Positions 40,248 through 48,541 of a stretch of 64,000 nucleotides of DNA are shown one piece after another (within the stretch, counting starts at the first letter, position 1; every line of letters begins with the position of its first letter). Both the position numbers and the translations under genes were made by a program. The DNA is from a virus (lineage: Duplodnaviria > Caudoviricetes). The DNA lies in IMG/VR virus record IMGVR_UViG_3300021255_002694; one strand, 5' to 3'. The notes under the pieces are model-generated. The model saw only the letters and a program-made list of their open reading frames with translations. It did not search any database and was not told the DNA's origin.

Positions 40248-40753
40248 GAAAACAGAACAGAGGTAAGGATTTTGAGGAACAGATACGCCTAAGTCTCGAA
40301 TCGTTACCTAACGTATCATTTGACAGACTTCCTGATCCTATGGCTGGATATTCAGGAATACGAAATATATGCGACTTTTCAATGTATCATTATCCAAATA
40401 TGTTTTTCCTTGAATGCAAATCACTCTACGGTAATACGCTTAATTTTAAGTCAGATATTACTGAAAATCAGTGGAACGGGCTTCTTGAAAAGAGTAAGTT
40501 ATATGGATGTATTGCCGGAATATGTGTTTGGTATATTGACTATGATCTAACAGTTTTTGTCAAGATTCAGGATTTGGAAAAACATAAGCAGAGTGGAAAA
40601 AAGTCATTAAATATAAATGAGATAACAGGTGAAAACTCTGTTGATCATTTTATAATTGATGGCGTTAAGAAGCGAGTTAAATTTAGTTATTTTGGTGACA
40701 AATTCTTAAAAAATTTGCACTTATTGGCAGATAAAGAATGGGGTGATGCTTGA
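40244..40753 (+). CDS. recU: Holliday junction resolvase RecU-like
   Basis: NRGKDFEEQI, CDF, LECKS and I.ENQ..GL motifs. Confidence 0.8.
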   Translation: MRKQNRGKDFEEQIRLSLESLPNVSFDRLPDPMAGYSGIRNICDFSMYHYPNMFFLECKSLYGNTLNFKSDITENQWNGLLEKSKLYGCIAGICVWYIDYDLTVFVKIQDLEKHKQSGKKSLNINEITGENSVDHFIIDGVKKRVKFSYFGDKFLKNLHLLADKEWGDA

Positions 40754-41271
40754 TGAAGATGCAAATGGTTGAAGAATTCATGTCAACTGTTGATCAAGAT
40801 TCTGAGTATATTCAATCTTTAGTTGATGATCTTGTTAAATCGTGTTGTGAAACACTAGACGAGTATGTAAAGTGGGTATCATCTTTATTGGCAGATTCGA
40901 GTATTCACGTAACAAATGAGCAACTTGATGATATTATAATGACGATACCAACACTTTTATACTTTGTTGGAACACAGCAAGAAAGATATGGTATTAAAAG
41001 AGATGTTTCCAAAGCATCTAAATCAACACTGTATAATAAGATTTACCGTGAGACTATTGGTATTGCGTCTGTTAAGAAAGCTGCCGCAGAGGACGCAACA
41101 TTTAATGAGAATCTTGTAACAACTGTTTTTTCAAGTGCATATGACACAATTAAAACAAAGATGGAATATGCAACAGAACTTTTGCAGAGTGCGAAAAAGG
41201 TTGTTTCAAGACGTATGACTGAATCAGATTTAACACGCTTTACACCAAATATTGAACGTGAAAAAAGGTGA
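40750..41271 (+). CDS. Helical protein upstream of recA (possible recombination mediator)
   Basis: All-helical; the function is inferred from position only. Confidence 0.5.
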   Translation: MMKMQMVEEFMSTVDQDSEYIQSLVDDLVKSCCETLDEYVKWVSSLLADSSIHVTNEQLDDIIMTIPTLLYFVGTQQERYGIKRDVSKASKSTLYNKIYRETIGIASVKKAAAEDATFNENLVTTVFSSAYDTIKTKMEYATELLQSAKKVVSRRMTESDLTRFTPNIEREKR

Positions 41272-41277
41272 TTATTT

Positions 41278-42432
41278 ATGTCAGAGATAGAGTCATTATT
41301 CAAAGAATTTAATAAAAAGTATAAATCAGAACTTTTTACTATTGGAACAGTTGTGCATAACTGTTCAAGAATACCATTTAGTTCACCTAGAGCAAATTAT
41401 ATGCTATACGGCGGCATTCCAAGAGGACGTATTACAGAGTTCGCCGGAGAAGAAGGTTCTGGAAAGACAACAACCGCTCTTGATATTACAGCAAATGCAC
41501 AAAAGCTGTTTAAGGAAGAATGGGAAGATCAGATTCGTGATCTGGAATCACGCGAAAAATTAACTAAGGAACAGACCGCATATCTTGTAAAACTTAGACA
41601 GGACGGACCTAAGAAAGCACTTTGGATTGATTGTGAAAATACGTTTGATGATGAGTGGTCTACAAAACTAGGTGTTGTTGTAGATGAGTTGTGTGTCATG
41701 TCACCTGAATCTCAGAGTGCAGAAGAAATATTTGATATGGTTACACAGATTGTTCAAACAGGTGAAATTGGGCTTGTTGTTATTGATAGTTTAGGTATGA
41801 TGGTTTCTCAGCAAGAAATGGAGAAAGATATTGAGGAATCTACATATGGCGGAATTTCAAGAGCATTGACCAAATTTTCAAAGAAGATTGAACTTGTTTG
41901 TGCAAAAACTAATTGCGCATTGATCGGAATTAACCAAGTTAGAGATAATCTGAATGCCGGATACGGCGGTCCAGCATATACTACTCCTGGTGGTAAGTGT
42001 TGGAAGCATGTATGTTCTGTTCGTCTTATGTTTAGACAGGGTACTCCATTTGATGATAAGTTTAAGGATGTTAAGAAATCGTGTGAGAATCCCTATGGTC
42101 ACAGAGTTCTTATTTCAGTTCAAAAGACAAAGGTTTGTAAGCCTGACAGAAAAACAGGTTTTTATACGCTTACATATGATAATGGAATTGAACCGTTTGT
42201 TGACATTATTGATATTGCTATCAACCGAGATATTATTCATCAAGCCGGAGCATGGTTTACATTCATTGATATTGATAATGATGGTGAAGTTGTATGCCGC
42301 GAAGATGAAGATGGCAATATGTCAGAAGTTAAAGTCCAAGGTCAGGCTAGCCTGATCCCATTTTTACAAGATGAAGCAAATAAGGATATTTGTGACATGG
42401 TTAAGAAATATGTAAATAGATTTGTGTCATGA
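41278..42432 (+). CDS. recA: RecA recombinase
   Basis: GGIPRGRITE..G.EGSGKTT, ID.E, VIDSL, INQ.R, TPGG and AGAWF motifs. Confidence 0.95.
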   Translation: MSEIESLFKEFNKKYKSELFTIGTVVHNCSRIPFSSPRANYMLYGGIPRGRITEFAGEEGSGKTTTALDITANAQKLFKEEWEDQIRDLESREKLTKEQTAYLVKLRQDGPKKALWIDCENTFDDEWSTKLGVVVDELCVMSPESQSAEEIFDMVTQIVQTGEIGLVVIDSLGMMVSQQEMEKDIEESTYGGISRALTKFSKKIELVCAKTNCALIGINQVRDNLNAGYGGPAYTTPGGKCWKHVCSVRLMFRQGTPFDDKFKDVKKSCENPYGHRVLISVQKTKVCKPDRKTGFYTLTYDNGIEPFVDIIDIAINRDIIHQAGAWFTFIDIDNDGEVVCREDEDGNMSEVKVQGQASLIPFLQDEANKDICDMVKKYVNRFVS

Positions 42433-42442
42433 GGTAATTAAA

Positions 42443-44155
42443 ATGGAACTTAGTAAACAGCAGAGAGAAATTGTTGATTCCAAAAGTAAGAAAATAATTG
42501 TTGATGCTGGTTCTGGTTCTGGTAAAACACGAGTTCTAACAGAGAGAGTTAGAAAGTTACTCAGCAGCGGAGTAAACCCATACTCCGTTGTTGTGATAAC
42601 TTTCACAAACATGGCAGCTAATGAGTTGTATGACAGATTGTCAGATGTTAAAAACTCGGATAAATGCTTTATTGGAACAATACATGCATATGCTCACAAG
42701 CTATTAAAGAAATCAGGATATGATTTTGATATATTTTCTGAATACTATCAGACTTTATACATGACAGAGTTGTTAAAGAAATATGGATACTATGCAACCG
42801 TTGATGACTATAATTTATTCTTAAAATATGATAAAATGATTGCATCAGGAAAAATGCAAAAATCTGATCTAAGAAACAAATTCACTGATTACAAAGTATA
42901 TGATGAACTAATGGCACTTCTCGGCAGAGTAAAGCGATCATCATATAAAGAAACGGTTGTTACAATGTGCAAAGAAAACAATGTAATAACTTTTGATGAA
43001 CTAATTGATTTAGCAACAAAGTATTTTAAGGACAGTAACACGAAATTAGAATATCTTTTTGTTGATGAACTTCAAGATATTGGTTATCTTGAATATAACT
43101 TCTTGCTTAGTTTGAATGCTGAAAACTACTTCTTTATCGGTGACGATTATCAATGTCAACCAGCCGGAACAAAGGTGAATATTGTTTGTCATCCAAATAC
43201 AGACATATCCGAAGTAAAGGTTGGAGATTGGATTCAGTCAGCAGAAAGAACATCTGATGGCAAGTTTTGTCATACAAATCTAATGAAGAGAGTTATCAAT
43301 GTTCAAAAGAGCATTTCACCAGAGATATATACTGTCAAAACTATTGACGGTAGAACATCATCATATACACCAAATCATAGATGTGTTGTTGGTGTATTTG
43401 ATAAAGAAACATGCAATATCCATATTGAAGAAGTGCTTGCAAAGAATCTGAATAAGTATATGTACGCTATTGTTATAAAGAATGATAGGTACATGTTTGA
43501 TCGGATTGTAAGTATAGATCATGTTGAAAAAGATACTGATGTTTACTGCCTAGAGGTTGATGATGGATTATATTTTGCAGACGGTATGCTTACACACAAC
43601 AGCATCTTTTCATTTAAAGGTGGAGATGTAAATATTTTCCTATCTTTAATGCATAATGAAGAGTGGCAACCATATTTTCTTACTGAGAACTACAGAACAG
43701 CAAGATCAATTTTAATGTATGCAAATTCCATTGTTCAGAATGCAGATGATATAATTAAAAAAGATGTTGAGTTCAAGAATGAAAATGTTGGAAGCCTTGA
43801 ATTTAACACAAAGTCACAGCTTGAAAAATTCTTATCTGACCTGAATCCAAATGATGATTGGTTTATTCTAACACGATCAAATAAGGAAATGAGCGCGATT
43901 GATTTAATTTTAAAGAAGTTGAATAAAGAACACTACTGCTTTAAGCAATCTACAACAGCACCTAAAAAGATCAATGAGATATTATCGAAGCCGTGTATAA
44001 AGGTTATGACAATACATGCATCTAAAGGTCTTGAATGTGATAATGTTGCACTGTATGGAAAACTGCCTGTAAAGGGAAAAGGTCAATCGGAAGAACTAAA
44101 AGTTTATTATGTCGGTATAACAAGATCAAAAGATAGATGTGTTATTTTTGTGTGA
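42443..44155 (+). CDS. UvrD/PcrA-family helicase containing a mini-intein
   Basis: AGSGSGKT, ITFTN.AA, VDELQD, IGDDYQ|SIFSF.G, LTENYR, MTIHASKGLE and YVGITR motifs. Confidence 0.92.
   Translation: MELSKQQREIVDSKSKKIIVDAGSGSGKTRVLTERVRKLLSSGVNPYSVVVITFTNMAANELYDRLSDVKNSDKCFIGTIHAYAHKLLKKSGYDFDIFSEYYQTLYMTELLKKYGYYATVDDYNLFLKYDKMIASGKMQKSDLRNKFTDYKVYDELMALLGRVKRSSYKETVVTMCKENNVITFDELIDLATKYFKDSNTKLEYLFVDELQDIGYLEYNFLLSLNAENYFFIGDDYQCQPAGTKVNIVCHPNTDISEVKVGDWIQSAERTSDGKFCHTNLMKRVINVQKSISPEIYTVKTIDGRTSSYTPNHRCVVGVFDKETCNIHIEEVLAKNLNKYMYAIVIKNDRYMFDRIVSIDHVEKDTDVYCLEVDDGLYFADGMLTHNSIFSFKGGDVNIFLSLMHNEEWQPYFLTENYRTARSILMYANSIVQNADDIIKKDVEFKNENVGSLEFNTKSQLEKFLSDLNPNDDWFILTRSNKEMSAIDLILKKLNKEHYCFKQSTTAPKKINEILSKPCIKVMTIHASKGLECDNVALYGKLPVKGKGQSEELKVYYVGITRSKDRCVIFV
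43154..43600 (+). mobile_element. Mini-intein (149 aa, no endonuclease) in UvrD
   Basis: Starts CQPAGT, block B TPNH, ends VYCLEV....YFADGMLTHN followed by +1 Ser; it splits helicase motif III GD..QSI. Confidence 0.92.
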
Positions 44156-44165
44156 GGTATTTAAT

Positions 44166-44897
44166 ATGAGTGATTATGAATTTGATTTTGCAGGGTATGC
44201 AAATAGTGGATCAGAACAAACATCTAAAGATTTGGAAGAATTTGCAAAGGATGTTTTCGGAGAAGATGATCCAACAAAATCGCCTAAAGATAGATTTATT
44301 TTAATATACAAAAACAACATTAAACGCGAGGGATCAAGTGATCTTCTAGCATATCTTGAACAAAACGGTTTCTTTCATGCTCCGGCAAGTACAAAATATC
44401 ACGGTGCTTTTAAGGGTGGTTTGTGTCTACATTCTGTGAATGTATACCTCAATCTTCATGATGAATTACGTCAAATTTATGGTTCAGATTATAGAAAAGT
44501 ATACTCAGATGAAACAATCGCTATTGTATCTCTACTTCACGATGTTTGTAAGATTGATAAGTATATTGAAGTTGAGAAAAATGTTAAGAATAATGAAACA
44601 GGTCAATGGGAACTTACAAAGTGTTTTGAATACAATAAAGATCAGCCCAGACTTGGACATGGTTCATCTTCTGTTTACATGATTCTTGATCATATGAAAC
44701 TAACACTTGAAGAAAAACAAGCAATTCACTGGCATATGGGACCATTTGATCTATCTACATATGAATCAACATATGACATGGGTGATACATTCAATAAAAA
44801 TACTCTTGCATTTGCACTTCATATTGCAGACATGACAGCGACATATATTGACGAAAATGAATATTTTAAGCCGATAGAGGATGATTGTGATGGTTGA
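44166..44897 (+). CDS. HD-domain hydrolase
   Basis: APAS..YH....GGL..HS, LLHD.CK, GHG, WHMG and LH.AD motifs. Confidence 0.88.
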   Translation: MSDYEFDFAGYANSGSEQTSKDLEEFAKDVFGEDDPTKSPKDRFILIYKNNIKREGSSDLLAYLEQNGFFHAPASTKYHGAFKGGLCLHSVNVYLNLHDELRQIYGSDYRKVYSDETIAIVSLLHDVCKIDKYIEVEKNVKNNETGQWELTKCFEYNKDQPRLGHGSSSVYMILDHMKLTLEEKQAIHWHMGPFDLSTYESTYDMGDTFNKNTLAFALHIADMTATYIDENEYFKPIEDDCDG

Positions 44898-45222
44898 TAG
44901 TGATAAATTCAATTTCAGAGAACCTGAAACATTTTCATACGATAATGTGAATATTGGAATTGAACTTGAAGCAACAACATTAAATCCATCAGATGATGAA
45001 GTTATCGTTGTTCAATATCCGGATGTCTGTGTTTCAAGGAATGAAATTATGCATATTGCAGATGCACTCAGAAAATCTTTGAAACAAAGTTTTCCTAATA
45101 ATGACATCATATTCATTCCAAATGATATAAATGTTGATTCTTTTAATAGCAGAGAAGTGATTGATCGTCTTAGATCACTTGCTGATAAACTAGAGAAAGA
45201 ACATAGCGAAAATAATAATTGA
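44890..45222 (+). CDS. Hypothetical protein
   Basis: ORF coupled to the HD gene. Confidence 0.55.
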   Translation: MVDSDKFNFREPETFSYDNVNIGIELEATTLNPSDDEVIVVQYPDVCVSRNEIMHIADALRKSLKQSFPNNDIIFIPNDINVDSFNSREVIDRLRSLADKLEKEHSENNN

Positions 45223-45375
45223 TATAATATAAAAATTAAACATTATCATACCATATGAAGTACGCCTTTAATGGTGCTTTGGATAATTGAAATTGTGGCA
45301 GTTGTCTTTGGACTAAGCCTAAGTGCGGATGGATGCGTCTGTCCGCACTTTCAATTCAAAGGAGTGTGACTTTAT

Positions 45376-45618
45376 ATGGTAATGGTTGTCTCCATACTCG
45401 GTGCTTTATGTAGTCTTGGTGGAAATATTTTAATTATGCTGAAAAAGAAATCCGGTTGGATTGTATGGGTTCTCGGCAACTTATTTTGGATCATTTACAA
45501 TTTTATGTCAAAACCTAATTTACCGATGATAGTAATGTACCTAGTCTACATTGTTATAAATATACTCGGATATTGTAAATGGTGTGATAAAGAAGATAAG
45601 ACAAAGATTGAAATGTAA
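45376..45618 (+). CDS. Small 3-TM membrane protein, PnuC/SemiSWEET-like
   Basis: Three hydrophobic segments; GW..W...N..W and Y...N..GY..W patterns resemble half of PnuC. Confidence 0.6.
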   Translation: MVMVVSILGALCSLGGNILIMLKKKSGWIVWVLGNLFWIIYNFMSKPNLPMIVMYLVYIVINILGYCKWCDKEDKTKIEM

Positions 45619-45670
45619 ATATTGCACAAATTTCTGCATAATATGTGTTCTTATTTTTACTGAAAAATGC

Positions 45671-45699
45671 TTGACAAATCTAAAATAATGTGGTATACT
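45671..45699 (+). promoter_or_regulatory. sigmaA-type promoter
   Basis: TTGACA-17-TATACT with TG extension. Confidence 0.85.
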
Positions 45700-45725
45700 A
45701 TATTTGTAAACGAGAGGTGATATAT

Positions 45726-46010
45726 GTGAAAGAAGTAGAGAAAGAAATTGAAACTCTGATCGTAAGTAAATCACAGATCATCGTAACACTTAAAAGTGTT
45801 CTTATCAACGGTGAGTTCGGAACTGTCACATTTCGTAAATATAGCACTGCTTCGTTAGGAATGACATCTTTCGGTCTTTTACCGTTTGAGAGATACTTTA
45901 TAATTGCCGAAACATCAAACGATAAAGTAACTTTTGAATGCACTAAAGAGGAAGGAAATTCTCTTTATAAATATGTAAAGGATAAAAGAGAGTTCAATTT
46001 TGATGAATAA
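45726..46010 (+). CDS. Hypothetical protein
   Basis: GAGGTGA RBS before the GTG at 45726. Confidence 0.6.
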   Translation: MKEVEKEIETLIVSKSQIIVTLKSVLINGEFGTVTFRKYSTASLGMTSFGLLPFERYFIIAETSNDKVTFECTKEEGNSLYKYVKDKREFNFDE

Positions 46011-46041
46011 TATCTTTGTTGCAAGATAGGTTGATATAACT

Positions 46042-46335
46042 ATGTGGATGGATTTTTGTGATATCATAGAAACTATTATTGATGTAATAAAAGAGCATAT
46101 CAAACTCTTTATATTCATTGTTGTAGTGTTTATATGTCTATTTGTAGTTATTCCGAATCAGCGAATGAATGACATCAAATCTAGTAAATCTATACGTGTT
46201 GATGGAGTTACTTACAGCACATCACAAATAGAGTCTTTTGACATAATTTATCACAGATACGGCAAAGATGAATATGTAATCGTCTTAAAGGATGGAACAA
46301 AAATATATTTCAACGAATACACTTTAATAAACTGA
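46042..46335 (+). CDS. Membrane-anchored hypothetical protein
   Basis: One TM helix (LFIFIVVVFICLFVVI). Confidence 0.6.
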   Translation: MWMDFCDIIETIIDVIKEHIKLFIFIVVVFICLFVVIPNQRMNDIKSSKSIRVDGVTYSTSQIESFDIIYHRYGKDEYVIVLKDGTKIYFNEYTLIN

Positions 46336-46381
46336 GTGATTACTATATTGATTAGTAAACATAAAACTATGAGGTAAATTT

Positions 46382-46822
46382 ATGAGAAAGAATTGCAAGA
46401 CGTTTGAACAGTGGGCGGATTCACAATATAGTGAATATATAGGAGTTCGGGATAAGGAGTCCAGTCGCCTTAGAGATCATCTTACAGTTTCAGATGATAA
46501 GTTTGTAGAGGTTGCTATTTACAGCACAAGGACAAAGAAAATCGGAATTGCAAGGTGTCATGAGGATACATCTCAGATTTATATTGGCTATGCTGTTGCA
46601 TGGGCAAGATATAAGGGAGAGGCTATTCCTGAAATCCCAAACTACGAAGCTGTAAAGAATCTTGCAAATGGCGATCGGTTTGAATATCTTGGAAAAATGT
46701 ATGTTGCGGATTCTCAGTGTGATTTTAACAGCAACCTTAGATATTGTCTTGCAGTAAGAAAAAGTGATGAGAAACGAAAGATAACCACATTCGACAAAAA
46801 TTTGATTGTTGTGAAGCTGTAA
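46382..46822 (+). CDS. Hypothetical protein with a G.A.C..D....G..VA..R motif
   Basis: GAGGT RBS; motif shared with 51340-51756. Confidence 0.6.
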   Translation: MRKNCKTFEQWADSQYSEYIGVRDKESSRLRDHLTVSDDKFVEVAIYSTRTKKIGIARCHEDTSQIYIGYAVAWARYKGEAIPEIPNYEAVKNLANGDRFEYLGKMYVADSQCDFNSNLRYCLAVRKSDEKRKITTFDKNLIVVKL

Positions 46823-46838
46823 AAATTAAAAAAAAAAT

Positions 46839-46909
46839 AGGAAGTTAGTTAAGTGGTAGAACGGCAGTCTCCAAAACTGCATACAGAGGTTCGATTCCTC
46901 TACTTCCTG
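46839..46909 (+). tRNA. tRNA-Trp(CCA)
   Basis: AGGAAGT/ACTTCCT acceptor, GCAGT-CTCCAAA-ACTGC anticodon arm, TTCGATT T loop. Confidence 0.9.
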
Positions 46910-46916
46910 TTCATAC

Positions 46917-46989
46917 GTGCCTGTAGCTCAGTTGGTAGAGCAACGCCCTTTTAAGGCGAAGGTCATGGATTCGAGTTCCATCAGGCACA
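46917..46989 (+). tRNA. tRNA-Lys(TTT)
   Basis: GTGCCTG/CAGGCAC acceptor; CGCC-CTTTTAA-GGCG anticodon arm. Confidence 0.9.
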
Positions 46990-47048
46990 CTCATTGACAT
47001 TTATATAGGTAAGACACTTTAATGAACTGACAAAAGCATTTTAATTAT

Positions 47049-47136
47049 TTGACATTTTCTAACCTCACTTTCTATAAAGAACCAAATCCTGATCAGGTTC
47101 TAGTCGAAATAGTTTTCGATTTGTTTGAGATCAGGA
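47049..47136 (+). ncRNA. Antisense-segment + scaffold RNA, copy A
   Basis: TTGACATTTTCTAACCTCACTTTC, then AAAGAACC / stem TCCTGATC / AGGTTCT / hairpin / TGTTTGA / GATCAGGA. Confidence 0.65.
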
Positions 47137-47173
47137 ATCATAGATTTTATGAAAAAAAAATTCAAAAAACCAC

Positions 47174-47202
47174 TTGACAAAATTAAAAAATTGTGATATA
47201 CT
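47174..47202 (+). promoter_or_regulatory. sigmaA-type promoter driving the ncRNA/tRNA cluster
   Basis: TTGACA-17-TATACT with TG extension and an A-tract UP element. Confidence 0.88.
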
Positions 47203-47208
47203 ATATAT

Positions 47209-47295
47209 GTAATTGACATAGAATTACTCCTATTGGCAAAAAACCATTACAGCTAGGTTTCAATAAGTGCAAGTTATTGTTTTTGAAGCTGTTAA
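47209..47295 (+). ncRNA. Antisense-segment + scaffold RNA, copy B
   Basis: TTGACATAGAATTACTCCT, then CAAAAAACC / ACAGCT / AGGTTT / CAATAA..TTATTG / TTTTTGA / AGCTGT. Confidence 0.65.
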
Positions 47296-47404
47296 GCATT
47301 TAGTGAATTACACTACCAAAAACGGAAAGTATTGTTAGTGATTCAAAAAAAAACCAAAGCAACTAGGTTTCAGATAATTTCACATTCTGTTTTTGAAGTT
47401 GCTT
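47296..47404 (+). ncRNA. Scaffold RNA, copy C (variable 5' segment has no clear anti-SD)
   Basis: CAAAAAAAAACC / AAGCAACT / AGGTTT / CAGA..TCTG / TTTTTGA / AGTTGCTT. Confidence 0.6.
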
Positions 47405-47604
47405 ATATTCGAGTGCTTGAAACAGGAGTGGGGTAATCCATTTAAGGCATATGGCATGTACAGTAACCATTAGAGTTCTAGGAAACTCTTTTGGAGCTGA
47501 TTGCATGTATCGTCACAGGAGATGACTCAGATGTGTTTGATTTCCTAGAATCACACATACCACGATTCAAGTAGTGGCACTCCTGTTTCAAACACTTGAG
47601 TATA
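47404..47604 (+). ncRNA. tRNA-like kissing-loop RNA 1
   Basis: ~27-bp closing stem, a T-arm-like CCAC-GATTCAAGTA-GTGG, and complementary hairpin loops CTAGGA (47478) and TCCTAG (47543). Confidence 0.65.
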
Positions 47605-47605
47605 T

Positions 47606-47677
47606 TCCCCTATAGTTCAGTTGGTAGAATGTGGGACTGTTAATCCTAAGACACTGGTTCAAGTCCAGTTGGGGGAG
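47606..47677 (+). tRNA. tRNA-Asn(GTT)
   Basis: Cloverleaf; anticodon loop CTGTTAA. Confidence 0.9.
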
Positions 47678-47685
47678 TTCATTAT

Positions 47686-47759
47686 GGTTCGGTAGTTCAG
47701 TTGGTTAGAATGCTTGCCTGTCACGCAAGAGGTCGTGGGTTCGATCCCCATCCGAATCG
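47686..47759 (+). tRNA. tRNA-Asp(GTC)
   Basis: Cloverleaf; CTTGC-CTGTCAC-GCAAG. Confidence 0.92.
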
Positions 47760-47765
47760 CTCAAA

Positions 47766-47923
47766 TCACATGGCAGCAAAAATCTTGGTTGAAACAAATG
47801 AATGAGTGGCTATAGGTGATAATATGTAGATGAAAATGCTCACACCTTACCATATGCACCATAGAACCGATTGAGAATAGGGTGTAAAAGCCTTGACTAA
47901 AAGTTTAATGCTCATTGTGTGAT
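47766..47923 (+). ncRNA. Unknown structured RNA
   Basis: ATCACAT/GTGTGAT closing stem, CTATAGGTG/CACCATAG stem, ACACCT/GGGTGT pseudoknot. Confidence 0.45.
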
Positions 47924-47963
47924 CGCCTAAATAAAGCTGGGAATAGGGCGAAATTAAAAAAAT

Positions 47964-48110
47964 CACCTAGTTTCGGTGCAACACTTATCACGGTGCATCG
48001 TTGGTAAGTGTCAAGTGGTATCCGAATATACAAACCGGATGATATTACAGAGGAATGCACTTCTTTGTAGTATTTGAAAGTCGTTGAGGGTTCGATTCCC
48101 TCCTAGGTGT
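47964..48110 (+). ncRNA. tRNA-like kissing-loop RNA 2
   Basis: Perfect 7-bp acceptor CACCTAG/CTAGGTG, canonical T arm GAGGG-TTCGATT-CCCTC, and complementary loops GTGCAT (47993) and ATGCAC (48055). Confidence 0.7.
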
Positions 48111-48207
48111 TTAAAATAAAAGGGAGTTAAGTCGTGGCGGCTTGAGCCTGTTTTAAGGTTCGGGGTGTACCGTACCACGCTAGCCCAAAGTCCATAAACA
48201 CCCATAT

Positions 48208-48294
48208 GCTGGTGTGGTGAAATTGGAAGACACAGCGTGCTTAAACCGCGCTTCCGGATGCGGAGTATGGGTTCAAGTCCCATCACCAGTACCA
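48208..48294 (+). tRNA. tRNA-Leu(TAA)
   Basis: Long variable arm, loop CTTAAAC, encoded CCA. Confidence 0.88.
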
Positions 48295-48320
48295 ATATAT
48301 TAAAGCAAAATTTATTTAAT

Positions 48321-48410
48321 GGCAGCGTGGCAGAGTCCGGCTTAATGCACCAGTCTTGAAAACTGGCGTTCCGAAAGGGACCGTTGGTCCGAATCCAACC
48401 GCTGTCGCCA
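48321..48410 (+). tRNA. tRNA-Ser(TGA)
   Basis: CCAGT-CTTGAAA-ACTGG, long variable arm, encoded CCA; the T loop is TCCGAAT. Confidence 0.9.
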
Positions 48411-48412
48411 AT

Positions 48413-48485
48413 GCTGATATAACTCAACTGGCAGAGTAGTGGTTTTGTAAACCACAAGTTGTGGGTTCAAGTCCCTCTATCAGCT
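48413..48485 (+). tRNA. tRNA-Thr(TGT)
   Basis: GTGGT-TTTGTAA-ACCAC. Confidence 0.9.
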
Positions 48486-48506
48486 TCAAAAATTTACAGT
48501 AAAGGC

Positions 48507-48535
48507 TTGACAAAAACAGAATTTTATGCTATAAT
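48507..48535 (+). promoter_or_regulatory. sigmaA-type promoter
   Basis: TTGACA-17-TATAAT with TG extension (perfect consensus). Confidence 0.9.
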
Positions 48536-48541
48536 ATTTGT

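Noticed and set aside
45230-45375. Known NAD+-II or preQ1 riboswitch before the PnuC-like gene
   Set aside because: I could not match the consensus elements; it is kept only as an unknown leader.
47237-47404. Mini-CRISPR array or TIGR-type array reading of the AGGTTTCA-N15-TGTTTTTGAAG repeats
   Set aside because: The 15-nt spacers fold into hairpins, the flanks covary as stems, and copies are dispersed and divergent. No cas or Nop-domain gene is nearby. A structured scaffold explains them better.
47964-48110. tmRNA or an intron-containing tRNA
   Set aside because: No G3.U70 alanine identity, no tag ORF, too short, and no group I core.
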